Under the pieces are notes generated by a model, which was not told the DNA's origin, made no database searches, and saw only the letters and a list, made by a program, of their open reading frames with translations. A stretch of 64,000 nucleotides of DNA, from NCBI GenBank assembly GCA_964016885.1, contig OZ024754.1, positions 36,642,001 through 36,706,000 of the forward strand. Direction: 5' to 3'. The translations under genes and the position numbers were made by a program. Positions 43,546-57,700 of the stretch are shown piece by piece. Position 1 is the stretch's first letter, and each line of letters starts with the position of its first letter. The DNA is from Eledone cirrhosa. Its lineage: Eukaryota.

Positions 43546-44694
43546 AGGTGGATTGGGAGTATCGGTAGAGGGTCGGACGCCGTGCTTTGACGCATAGAGT
43601 TACGGCCCTTGCCATTCTGAGTTCAAATCCCGCCGAGGTTAACTTTGCCTTTCATCCTTACGGGGTCGATAAAATAAAGTACCAGTAATGCACTGGGTAA
43701 TTGCTGGCCTTGTTCCAAAAGTAGAAACAATTATTATTAAGGGAGGTGGATTGGCAGTATCGGTAGAGCTTCAGACACCATGCTTTGCAGCATAGAGTTA
43801 TGGCCGTTCATGATCTAAGTTCAAATCCCGCCGAGGTTAACTTTGCCTTTCATCCTTATGGAGGTCGATAAAACAATGTACCAGTCACGCACTGGAGTCG
43901 ATTTAATCGACTTTCCCCTCCCCAAATGACTGGCCTTGTGCCTATATAAGAACCCATTATTATTTTCATCCTTACGGGGTCGATAAAATAAAGTACCAGT
44001 AATGCACTGGGTAATTGCTGGCCTTGTGCCTAAAGTAGAAACAATTATTATTATTATTGGTGGTCGACAAGAGAAGACATGTTTCTTGGAGTCTCCGTGA
44101 GTTTGTAAATTTGAGTTGTTTTTTATTTGGAATTGTATTTGATTTTGCTGCAAAGGGTTCATAGGACTTCCCTCTGTACCCCGTGGAAGGTTGACGGGAG
44201 CAAAACTCCACCTGGAAATGTCGGTGGGTTTGCAGCTCGGCACCTAGAGAGGCAAGTCTATGCCGTCCAACAGTGTCGTCAGGTGCTGGACGGACGGACG
44301 GACTGGTAAAGTGCCTCGAGGTTAGGTTCGGACTAGACCACGAGGTGGATAAGACTTGGGACGAGGTTACGAACAGGGTAACTACTCTCACCCATAAAAG
44401 GGCCGAGAGGAAGCTGGCTCTGAAATATCGGTTGGAGTTGGCAAACGCCTACATCGCGTCTGTCATCTACTACCGCCAGACGGCCGTGCCTTGACACCGT
44501 TCACGCCTCACCAAAATGGAGCGGCTCCTCTTCAACTTCTTGTCGAGGGGACAGGTTCCGTTAGTGAGGCGGTCAATCTGCTTTGCCTTTCATCCTTACG
44601 GCGTCGATAAAATAAAATACCAGTCATGCACTGGATCGATTCAATCGACTTTCCCTTCCCCCAGAATTTCTGGCCTTGTACCAAAGTAGAAACA

Positions 44695-44732
<38 letters not shown>

Positions 44733-45454
44733 GAGGGCGATGGATTGGCAATATCGGTAGAGGGTCGGACGCCATGCTTTGCAGCATAGAATTACGTCCC
44801 TTTTTGATCTGAGTTCAAATCCCGCCGAGGTTAACTTTGCCTTTCATCCTTACGGGGTCGATAAAATAAAGTACCAGTAATGAACTGGAATAATTACTGA
44901 CCTTGTGCCAAAAGTAGAAACAACTAATTTTATAATACACCTGCTGAGGTTAGCTTTGCTTATCATCCTTACGGGGGTCGATAAAATAAAGTACCAGTAA
45001 AACACTGAGATAATTGCTGGCCTTGTGCCAAAAGCAGAAACAATTATGATTAGTCATTATAACCACTATTTTCCCTCCTTTCAAATTTCAAGCAAACAAA
45101 AGACAGACAGACAGATTATATCCTGATTTGTATATAATACCCTCTCTTGATTTCATTTTATCTTATTTTATAATGTATTATTATACTATATTATGTATTG
45201 TTTTCGAGGTGAAATCACCATTGTGTAAAGGTTTAGAGCCTATTGTCCATTTCTTTACAAGAGAGCTTTACTCAGTAAGTAACAAAAATCTAATTGATGC
45301 GTTTTGCTTCAGGAAGAAGAAAAAATCGATGGGATTTATTTATTAGTCATTTTATATATTAATTAAAAATTGCTTTTGTAATTTTCTGTCTCTTCTGCTT
45401 CGGGTTTTATCTTTTGTTTTTTCTCGGTCGTTGTATCGTAATCTCCCCCCCCCC

Positions 45455-45523
<69 letters not shown>

Positions 45524-46620
45524 CCTCTTAATTATTGATTTGCGGTCTAGAGTTACGGTCCTTTACGGTCTGAGTTCAAATCCCGCCGAGGTTAACTTTG
45601 CCTTTCATCCTTACGGGGTCGATAAAATAAAGTACCAGTAATGTACTTTGGTAATTGCTGGCCTTGTGCCAAAAGTAGAAACACCTAATTTTATAATACA
45701 CCTGCTGGGATTAGCTTTGCTTATCATCCTTACGGGGTCGATAAAATAAAGTACCAGTAATGTACTGGGATAATTGCTGGCCTTGTAGAAACAATTATTG
45801 ATTTGTGCCCTTGCCCACACTCTGGTTTCTGATACAGGCACAGGGTCAACAATTTTAAAAAAGATGAAGGGCAAAATTAACCTCGGTTGAATTTGAACTC
45901 TGAAAGTAAAGGGAAATAACTCTATGCCGCAAATCATGTTGTCCGACGCTCTACCCATACTGCCAATCTACCGCCATAACACATATAAAATAATTGTTTC
46001 TACTATTGGCACAAGGACAGAAATTACCCAGTACATTACTGGTACTTTATTTTATCGACCCCGTAAGGATGAAAGGCAAAGTTAACCTCAGCTGGATTTG
46101 AACTCAGACCAGAAAGGACCGTAACTCTATGCTGCACAGCATGGTGTCCGACCCTCTACAAATACTGCCAATTCACTGCCCTCATACATATAAATTAATA
46201 CAACCACGCACAAAAACATATGAATACATTATATCTCTATGAATTGGCAGTATCGGTAGAGGGTTGGACGCCATGCTTTGACCGCATAGAGTTACGGCCC
46301 TTGCCATTCTGAGTTCAAATCCCACCGAGGTTAACTTTGCCTTTCATCCTTACGGGGTCGATAAAATAAAGTACCAGTAATGAACTGGGATAATTACTGA
46401 CCTTGTGCCAAAAGTAGAAACAACTAATTTTATAATACACCTGCTGAGGTTAGCTTTGCCTATCATCCTTACGGGGTCGATAAAATAAAGTACCAGTAAA
46501 ACACGGAGATAATTGCTGGCCTTGTGCCAAAAGTAGAAACAATTATGATTAGTCATAAAATAAAGTACCAGTAATGTACTGGGTAATTGCTGGCCTTGTG
46601 CCAATAGTAGAAACAATTAT
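43546..46620. mobile_element. Dense cluster of about 10 full or partial main-family SINE copies (mostly +; minus-strand copies at ~45845-46180)
   Basis: Repeated GAGTTCAAATCCC / CATCCTTACGGGGTCGATAAAATAAAGTACCAGT blocks, several with tandemly duplicated tails. Confidence 0.9.
44189..44582 (+). pseudogene. Decayed internal ORF2 fragment of a relative of the Tx1 element
   Basis: LTGAKL...SVGLQLGT*RGK...ANAYIASVIYYR...MERLLFNFL...VRRSIC aligns by eye to ORF2 of 32897-36332, with stops and frameshifts. Confidence 0.88.
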
Positions 46621-46727
46621 ATCTCTATATATGTATGTATGTAAAAGGTAAACAGATATAACAACACAATCGGTACAGTATATGGAAGGTATATATTAGG
46701 TTAACGCTTGAAATAGCGGGAAGCGGG

Positions 46728-46763
46728 TCTTAACGTTTCGGACGCTAGTTCTTCATCAGAAGA
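46728..46763 (-). ncRNA. Minimal hammerhead-like motif
   Basis: Minus strand: TCTT-CTGATGA-AGAACTAGCGTCC-GAAA-CG-TT-AAGA. Stem II is weak. Confidence 0.45.
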
Positions 46764-47057
46764 AAGAATGAGAAATAAAATAGATTGAAGGGACGGGCGG
46801 GTTGTAATTGGAAAGTGTGTATGTGTTGAACCGCTGTTCGTCCACTTCGGCGACGACAGTTCCAGTTCGTTTGATCAATAGAACAGCCTTCTAGTGAAAT
46901 TAACGTGCTAGTGGATGAACATTCCACTGACACGTGTACCCATAACCTAATTCTCAATGAAATTCAGAATGACAAGGCTGACCCATTGGTTAAAGTTACA
47001 ACTATTAAGATAGACATCATCACAAACATCATATATACTGTATATATATAGTTATAA

Positions 47058-47548
47058 CTACCACCACCAACAACACCACCACCACAACGCCACCACCACC
47101 GCCACCACCAACACCACAACGCCACCACCACCACCGCCACCACCAACACCACAACAACCATCACCTACACTACCACCACCATCACCACCACCACCAGTAC
47201 CACCACCACCACCATCACCATCACTACTACCACAACCACCACCACCTCCACCACCACAACGCCACCACCATCGCCACCACCAACACCACCACAACCATCA
47301 CCTACACTACCACCACCATCACCACCACCACCAGTACCACCACCACCACCATCACCATCACTACTACCACAACCACCACCACCACCATCACCACCGCCAC
47401 CAGTACCACCACCACCGCCACTACCACCACCACCAGTACCACCACCACCACCACCACCACCACCACCATCACCACCATCACCACCAGCACCACCACCATC
47501 ACCACCACCACCACCACCACCACCACCACCATCATCACTACCACAACC
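47058..47548. repeat. (ACC)n-rich trinucleotide repeat
   Basis: Directly visible. Confidence 0.93.
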
Positions 47549-47817
47549 AGGATCGCAGAGGAAGATATGAATGTCTTACATGATATAAAGGCAGATGCTG
47601 CTATTCAACTTCCGGTTGTTGGTTTTGACTTCCTGTTAGTCCCCCACGAGTTCTAAACGTTTCATTGTTCGTATGAAAGTTTTAGTTAATAGCACATATA
47701 ACAAAAGGCTTATTTCACTTAAACGAGGATTATCTGACTTATGCAAAGCCACCTATACACTTACATATACACGGAAACATATATATACATACACGTAACC
47801 CTTCCCTCTTATGTATA

Positions 47818-47906
<89 letters not shown>

Positions 47907-48120
47907 ATATGAATATATATTTATATATATTTATTTATATATATTCACACACACATACATATGCATGTACATAAAAACATTTTGCGATATAATTGTATTC
48001 GTATGTACGTATATATATATATATACATATACATACATATACATACATATATATACATATATATGTATATATATATATACGTATGTATATATATATAGAC
48101 ATATCTATGCATATATATAT

Positions 48121-48484
<364 letters not shown>

Positions 48485-48524
48485 TACATACATACATACA
48501 TGAACACATGTATGTATGTATGTA

Positions 48525-48562
<38 letters not shown>

Positions 48563-48984
48563 TACATACACACATACATGCATACATGTATTGTATATAG
48601 GTGTGCGTGCATGTTTATTTGCTTATGCATGCGTGTGTGTGTGTGTGTATGTGTGTCTGTTTGTGTGTGTCTGTTTGTGTGTGTCTGTGTGTGTGTGTCT
48701 GTTTGTGTGTGTGTGTGTATGTATAGTGATGTAGGAGTGTATGTGGACGGACGCCAGTGCTAATTTGTATGTATTTGATAGCATTAATTACTAAACAAAC
48801 AGTTTCTTTCTATAGCTTTACTTATCAATATAAATAAATTTAGTGATTAATGAAAACAAAAGGCTTATTTCAAATTCATCTGCCGAGAACAAAGAACACA
48901 AATATTAAACCGCATTGTAGCTGTCTGGTGTATATTCTTAATTTCGTCACTTATTACTCACAAAGACGCGTGGACTAGTGGTTT

Positions 48985-49310
48985 GGGCTGTTGTACTGGA
49001 AGAGCACAGCAAAGATAGAGAGACGGTAGAACGCTTTCCACCGGAGGTGCCCGCGAAGGATCCTTCGTGTGTCCTCACGTGACCGAGTACGAAACGAGGA
49101 AATCCTGTGGAGAGCCGAGTCGTGGACGTTGCAGAGGGAGGTTACGGAGCGGCGGTGCCGCCTGTCTGGCAGGCCATATTCTGCGCCTGCCCCACGAACG
49201 ACACTCGAAAACAGCGATGAACTGGACTCCACCTGGCGGCAAACAGAAGCGGAGTTGACCCAGGGTTCATCTGGCGACGATCATTCCAAAAAGACCTGAT
49301 GGCAGACCAG
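48985..49310 (+). pseudogene. Decayed RTE LINE C-terminal fragment
   Basis: AFHRRCPRRILRVSSRDRVRNEEILWRA...RRCRL / AGHILRLPHERHSKTAMNWTPPGGKQKRS, frameshifted. Confidence 0.8.
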
Positions 49311-49649
49311 ATCTCTTTTGCCCTTGGTCCCCCACACTGCTGGTTTCCTCCGAAAACTCGGAAAGACAGCGATCCGCTTTGAAGAGGGAGCCCCGTGAGG
49401 TGGGGTAGCTGTTGCAGTGGAATGTCTCTGGCTGTTTTTACGTTTTGTCCGCGGGGTGCGGCTGAAGTACCGCCTTGACTGGTATAATGACTGCCCCCCC
49501 CCCCCCTCACTCTCCCTTTATTTCACCGCTTCATCCATCTTTCCTTTTCTCCTTTCAATTTATATTTTTCCTTTTTCTTTTCTGTTACTTTTTTTTTTTA
49601 GTGTGCTTTGTTTTTATTAGATACTACACACCAGAGGTTCTCAAATAAC

Positions 49650-49695
<46 letters not shown>

Positions 49696-49738
49696 TTGAA
49701 TAAATAAAACAAAACAAACACAGTGGTGCAAAAGCATC

Positions 49739-50356
<618 letters not shown>

Positions 50357-50624
50357 AGAGAGATTTTCGTGTAAAAATGTGTATAGAAATGATGGAACAG
50401 CTGTAGTACGGTCACATATTCAGTATATATCGAGTACGTGTTGTCTTAACAAAGGCCTCCCTCACGTAAAATACAAAAAATGTTTTTAAATCAAACATAG
50501 ATTACGGTTCAGTAATTTCTCATAGCTAAACATATGGTGATATTCACATGACGTGGCACTCTAGAATGACTGGCAGGTAGAGGCCCCTATACACACCCAC
50601 ACACACACACCTACATATACACCT

Positions 50625-50725
<101 letters not shown>

Positions 50726-50744
50726 TATATATATATATATATGA

Positions 50745-50860
50745 AACGAAGGAAATGTGGTAAGGAACCAGGTGGACCATAACGCACCAAAGTACTCAAT
50801 ACTTAGGGTAGTAGAGTTTGTAATAGGAAACGGCTTGAGCTCAGCCGTCGGGTCCTACTC
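50745..50860 (-). mobile_element. Family B copy with most of one hairpin arm missing
   Basis: The same tail joined at taataggaaacggcttgagctcagccgtcggg. Confidence 0.8.
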
Positions 50861-51173
50861 ATATATATATATATGTATATATGAAAAACGTAAAATAAGA
50901 AAAGTATAGTAATTAACTTACTTACTTCAATTACTTAAAATGTTCTTATTTTACGTTTTTCATATAATTGTTCTGCATCCCCTTGCATTGAACCACAATG
51001 TTACTAAGACAAAACCTATATATTTGCTTGCACAGGTATACATCTGTATATATATGTTGGTAGATATACTAATTCTTTATATATGTATATTCCCCACCAG
51101 CACCCCACTCTCAAGAGCGTGAAACTAATAAACCTTTGTTCGTACTGCCTCTCTGTTCCCCTTCAATTTTTTT

Positions 51174-51223
<50 letters not shown>

Positions 51224-51397
51224 TGGTAGCGGGTGGTGTATTGACTAAGGATCCAATGTCGGAAAACCAATGCAATATCGGAAAACCAAAGCGGTGGATA
51301 AAGGATTAACATATATATATGTATGTATATATATATATATATACATATGTATATATATATTAATACACACACACACACACATATATATATATTATAT

Positions 51398-51455
<58 letters not shown>

Positions 51456-51788
51456 ATTCAAAATATTAATAAATGAATACGTTCACATAATCAAAATATA
51501 TGTTTTATTATATATATTTCGGAGGTATTGTGCTGTTTTTTCTGTACGTCCTCATCAGATAAAATATATGAATTGATGTATGACATACGTCAACTGTCTT
51601 GATGGTCCAATTCCAGTATTGGCAGTGCTGGAATTGGACCATCAAGACAGTTGACGTATGTCATACATCAATTCATATATTTTATCTGATGAGGACGTAC
51701 TGAAAAAACAGCACAATACCTCCGAAATATATATAATAAAACATATATTTTGATTATGGGAACGTATTCATTTATTAATATTTTGAAT
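51456..51788. ncRNA. 333-bp palindrome with a type I hammerhead in each arm (minus 51498-51569, plus 51675-51746)
   Basis: Plus arm: stem I ATATATTTTAT/ATAAAACATAT, CTGATGA 51686-51692, stem II GGAcGTA...TACcTCC, GAAA 51724-51727, palindromic TATATA, then TA. Confidence 0.82.
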
Positions 51789-51789
51789 A

Positions 51790-51867
<78 letters not shown>

Positions 51868-51870
51868 AAA

Positions 51871-51919
<49 letters not shown>

Positions 51920-51926
51920 CATATAT

Positions 51927-53732
51927 ATTGGAATAAATGCTCTGAAATAGCGATATATATGTGAATATAGACATAGAATATTCGAAAATATTCTGTATGT
52001 TTATAATAAACATTTTGAAGACCTAATCGCTATAGAATAGAATACGTCACGTATTACAATTAGATTCTCGATAAAAGCAAGGGAAGTAATCTACGCGTTT
52101 CATTCTCGTTAGAAATCATCAGGACTACATATCCAGTGCTTTTATCGAGAATGACACAGCTAGAGACTTATAGAATACTTAGCTGTGTACAGGAACTGGT
52201 TTGAAAGAGCGGTTGCCGGTCCGGCAGAAATTAGAAATTGGAATAAATGCTCTGAAATAGCGATATATATGTGAATATAGACATAGAATATTCGAAAATA
52301 TTCTGTATGTTTATAATAAACATTTTGAAGACCTAATCGCTATAGAATAGAATACGTCACGTATTACAATTAGATTCTCGATAAAAGCAAGGGAAGTAAT
52401 CTACGCGTTTCATTCTCGTTAGAAATCATCAGGACTACATATCCAGTGCTTTTATCGAGAATGACACAGCTAGAGACTTATAGAATACTTAGCTGTGTAC
52501 AGGAACTGGTTTGAAAGAGCGGTTGCCGGTCCGGCAGAAATTAGAAATTGGAATAAATGCTCTGAAATAGCGATATATATGTGAATATAGACATAGAATA
52601 TTCGAAAATATTCTGTATGTTTATAATAAACATTTTGAAGACCTAATCGCTATAGAATAGAATACGTCACGTATTACAATTAGATTCTCGATAAAAGCAA
52701 GGGAAGTAATCTACGCGTTTCATTCTCGTTAGAAATCATCAGGACTACATATCCAGTGCTTTTATCGAGAATGACACAGCTAGAGACTTATAGAATACTT
52801 AGCTGTGTACAGGAACTGGTTTGAAAGAGCGGTTGCCGGTCCGGCAGAAATTAGAAATTGGAATAAATGCTCTGAAATAGCGATATATATGTGAATATAG
52901 ACATAGAATATTCGAAAATATTCTGTATGTTTATAATAAACATTTTGAAGACCTAATCGCTATAGAATAGAATACGTCACGTATTACAATTAGATTCTCG
53001 ATAAAAGCAAGGGAAGTAATCTACGCGTTTCATTCTCGTTAGAAATCATCAGGACTACATATCCAGTGCTTTTATCGAGAATGACACAGCTAGAGACTTA
53101 TAGAATACTTAGCTGTGTACAGGAACTGGTTTGAAAGAGCGGTTGCCGGTCCGGCAGAAATTAGAAATTGGAATAAATGCTCTGAAATAGCGATATATAT
53201 GTGAATATAGACATAGAATATTCGAAAATATTCTGTATGTTTATAATAAACATTTTGAAGACCTAATCGCTATAGAATAGAATACGTCACGTATTACAAT
53301 TAGATTCTCGATAAAAGCAAGGGAAGTAATCTACGCGTTTCATTCTCGTTAGAAATCATCAGGACTACATATCCAGTGCTTTTATCGAGAATGACACAGC
53401 TAGAGACTTATAGAATACTTAGCTGTGTACAGGAACTGGTTTGAAAGAGCGGTTGCCGGTCCGGCAGAAATTAGAAATTGGAATAAATGCTCTGAAATAG
53501 CGATATATATGTGAATATAGACATAGAATATTCGAAAATATTCTGTATGTTTATAATAAACATTTTGAAGACCTAATCGCTATAGAATAGAATACGTCAC
53601 GTATTACAATTAGATTCTCGATAAAAGCAAGGGAAGTAATCTACGCGTTTCATTCTCGTTAGAAATCATCAGGACTACATATCCAGTGCTTTTATCGAGA
53701 ATGACACAGCTAGAGACTTATAGAATACTTAG
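51927..53732 (-). mobile_element. Tandem array of 5.8 identical 310-bp units, each with a type I hammerhead ribozyme (non-LTR retrozyme-like)
   Basis: Units start at 51927, 52237, 52547, 52857, 53167 and 53477. The minus strand reads GTAGTC-CTGATGA-TTTCTAACGAGAAT-GAAA-CGCG-TA-GATTAC at 52086-52128 and every +310. Confidence 0.9.
52086..52128 (-). ncRNA. Type I hammerhead ribozyme (first of six; others at 52396, 52706, 53016, 53326, 53636)
   Basis: Complete core CUGAUGA/GAAA/GUA, 6-bp stem I, TTCT/AGAA stem II with AACG loop, palindromic CGCG stem III. Predicted cut between 52092 and 52091. Confidence 0.88.
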
Positions 53733-53734
53733 GA

Positions 53735-54063
53735 CTATGTCTATATTCACATATATATCGCTATTTCAGAGCATTTATTCCAATTTTTAATTTCTGCCGG
53801 ACCGGCAACCGCTCTTTCAAACCAGTTCCTGTACACAGCTAAGTATTCTATAAGTCTCTAGCTGTGTCATACTCGATAAAAGCACTGGATATGTAGTCCT
53901 GATGATTTCTAACGAGAATGAAACGCGTAGATTACTTCCCTTGCTTTTATCGAGAATCTAATTGTAATACGTGACGTATTCTATTCTATAGCGATTAGGT
54001 CTTCAAAATGTTTATTATAAACATACAGAATATTTTCGAATATTCTATGTCTATATTCACATA
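53735..54063 (+). mobile_element. Inverted 1.06-unit copy of the 310-bp repeat, with a hammerhead on the plus strand (53893-53935)
   Basis: Reverse complement of the unit, terminally redundant (ctatgtctatattcacata at both ends), with two substitutions relative to the array. Confidence 0.92.
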
Positions 54064-54064
54064 C

Positions 54065-54097
<33 letters not shown>

Positions 54098-54100
54098 AAA

Positions 54101-54214
<114 letters not shown>

Positions 54215-54224
54215 ATATAATATA

Positions 54225-54274
<50 letters not shown>

Positions 54275-54278
54275 TATG

Positions 54279-54314
<36 letters not shown>

Positions 54315-54327
54315 AATATATATTATA

Positions 54328-54380
<53 letters not shown>

Positions 54381-54405
54381 TTTATATATATATAATATAT
54401 ATATG

Positions 54406-54466
<61 letters not shown>

Positions 54467-54469
54467 TTT

Positions 54470-54552
<83 letters not shown>

Positions 54553-54576
54553 TATGTGTATGTATTAATATTAATA

Positions 54577-54693
54577 TTCTGAGTTCAAATCCCGCCAAGT
54601 TTAACTTTGCCTTTCATCCTTACAGGGTCGATAAAATAAAGTACCAGTAATGTACTGGATTAATTGCTGGCCTTGTACCGAAAGTAGAAACAA
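54577..54693 (+). mobile_element. 5'-truncated main-family SINE
   Basis: B box, body and tail are present; the A box is missing. Confidence 0.85.
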
Positions 54694-54712
54694 GTATAGC
54701 CAACTGTGCGTT

Positions 54713-57700
54713 GTTAACTATTCAGCCATGCCTGAGATTGAACCCAAGCCCTCATAGTTGGGAGGTGACCTTCTTAACCTCTCAACCATGCCTGGGATTG
54801 AACCCAAGGTCTCATAGTTGGGAGGCGACCTTCTTAACCTCTCAACCATGCCTGGGATTGAACCCAAGGTCTCATAGTTGGGAGGCGACCTCCTTAACCT
54901 CTCAGCCATGCCTGGGATTGAACCCAAGGTCTCATAGTTGGGAGGCGACCTTCTTAACCTCTCAGCCATGCCTGGGATTGAACCCAAGGTCTCATAGTTG
55001 GGAGGCGACCTTCTTAACCTCACAGCCATGCCTGGGATTGAACCCAAGGTCTCATAGTTGGGAGGCGACCTTCTTAACCTCACAGCCATGCCTGGGATTG
55101 AACCCAAGCCCTCATAGTTGGGAGGCAACCTTCTTAACCTCTCAGCCATGCCTGAGATTGAACCCAAGCCCTCATAGTTGGGAGGCGACCTCCTTAACCT
55201 CTCAGCCATGCCTGGGATTGAACCCAAGGTCTCATAGTTGGGAGGCGACCTTCTTAACCTCACAGCCATGCCTGGGATTGAACCCAAGCCCTCATAGTTG
55301 GGAGGCAACCTTCTTAACCTCTCAGCCATGCCTGGGATTGACCCAAGGTCTCATAGTTGGGAGGCGACCTCCTTAACCTCTCAGCCATGCCTGAGATTGA
55401 ACCCAAGCCCTCATAGTTGGGAGGCGACCTTCTTAACCTCTCAACCATGCCTGGGATTGAACCCAAGGTCTCATAGTTGGGAGGCGACCTCCTTAACCTC
55501 TCAGCCATGCCTGGGATTGAACTCAAGGCCTCATAGTTGGGAGGCGACCTCCTTAACCTCTCAGCCATGCCTGGGATTGAACCCAAGGTCTCATAGTTAG
55601 GAGGCGACCTCCTTAACCTCTCAGCCATGCCTGGGATTGAACTCAAGGCCTCATAGTTGGGAGGCGACCTTCTTAACCTCTCAGCCATGCCTGGGATTGA
55701 ACCCAAGGTCTCATAGTTGGGAGGCGACCTCCTTAACCTCTCAGCCATGCCTGGGATTGAACTCAAGGCCTCATAGTTGGGAGGCGACCTTCTTAACCTC
55801 TCAACCATGCCTGGGATTGAACTCAAGGCCTCATAGTTGGGAGGCGAACTTCTTAACCTCTCAGCCATGCCTGGGATTGAACCCGTCCCTCATAGTTGGG
55901 AGGCGACCTTCTTAACCTCTCAACCATGCCTGGGATTGAACTCAAGGCCTCATAGTTGGGAGGCAACCTTCTTAACCTCTCAAACATGCCTGGGATTGAA
56001 CCCGGCCCTCATAGTTGGGAGGCGACCTTCTTAACCTCTCAGCCATGCCTGGGATTGAACCCGTCCCTCATAGTTGGGAGGCGACCTTCTTAACCTCTCA
56101 ACCATGCCTGGGATTGAACTCAAGGCCTCATAGTTGGGAGGCGACCTTCTTAACCTCTCAACCATGCCTGGGATTGAACCCGGCCCTCATAGTTGGGAGG
56201 CGACCTTCTTAACCTCTCAGCCATGCCTGGGATTGAACCCAGCCCTCATAGTTGGGAGGCGACCTCCTTAACCTCTCAGCCATGCCTGGGATTGAACCCG
56301 TCCCTCATAGTTGGGAGGCGACCTTCTTAACCTCTCAGCCATGCCTGGGATTGAACCCAGCCCTCATAGTTGGGAGGCGACCTTCTTAACCTCTTAGCCA
56401 TGCCTGGGATTGAACCCAAGCCCTCATAGTTGGGAGGCGACCTTCTTAACCTCTCAACCATGCCTGGGATTGAACCCAAGCCCTCATAGTTGGGAGGCGA
56501 CCTTCTTAACCTCTCAACCATGCCTGGGATTGAACCCAAGCCCTCATAGTTGGGAGGCGACCTCCTTAACCTCTCAGCCATGCCTGGGATTGAACCCAGC
56601 CCTCATAGTTGGGAGGCGACCTTCTTAACCTCTCAGCCATGCCTGGGATTGAACCCAGGCCTCATAGTTGGGAGGCGACCTTCTTAACCTCTCAGCCATG
56701 CCTGGGATTGAACCCAGGCCTCATAGTTGGGAGGCGACCTTCTTAACCTCTCAGCCATGCCTGGGATTGAACCCAGGCCTCATAGTTGGGAGGCGACCTT
56801 CTTAACCTCTCAGCCATGCCTGGGATTGAACTCAAGCCTCATAGTTGGGAGGCAACCTTCTTAACCTCTCAACCATGCCTGGGATTGAACTCAAGCCTCA
56901 TAGTTGGGAGGCGACCTTCTTAACCTCACAGCCATGCCTGGGATTGAACCCAGGCCTCATAGTTGGGAGGCAACCTTCTTAACCTCTCAACCATGCCTGG
57001 GATTGAACTCAAGCCTCATAGTTGGGAGGCGACCTTCTTAACCTCACAGCCATGCCTGGGATTGAACCCAGGCCTCATAGTTGGGAGGCGACCTTCTTAA
57101 CCTCTCAGCCATGCCTGGGATTGAACTCAAGCCTCATAGTTGGGAGGCAACCTTCTTAACCTCTCAACCATGCCTGGGATTGAACTCAAGCCTCATAGTT
57201 GGGAGGCGACCTTCTTAACCTCACAGCCATGCCTGGGATTGAACCCAGGCCTCATAGTTGGGAGGCGACCTCCTTAACCTCTCAGCCATGCCTGGGATTG
57301 AACCCAGGCCTCATAGTTGGGAGGCGACCTTCTTAACCTCTCAGCCATGCCTGGGATTGAACCCAAGCCCTCATAGTTGGGAGGCAACCTTCTTAACCTC
57401 TCAGCCATGCCTGGGATTGAACCCAGGCCTCATAGTTGGGAGGCGACCTTCTTAACCTCTCAACCATGCCTGGGATTGAACCCGTCCCTCATAGTTGGGA
57501 GGCGACCTTCTTAACCTCTCAACCATGCCTGGGATTGAACTCAGGCCTCATAGTTGGGAGGCGACCTCCTTAACCTCTCAGCCATGCCTGGGATTGAACT
57601 CAAGGCCTCATAGTTGGGAGGCGACCTTCTTAACCTCTCAGCCATGCCTGGGATTGAACCCAGCCCTCATAGTTGGGAGGCGACCTTCTTAACCTCTCAG

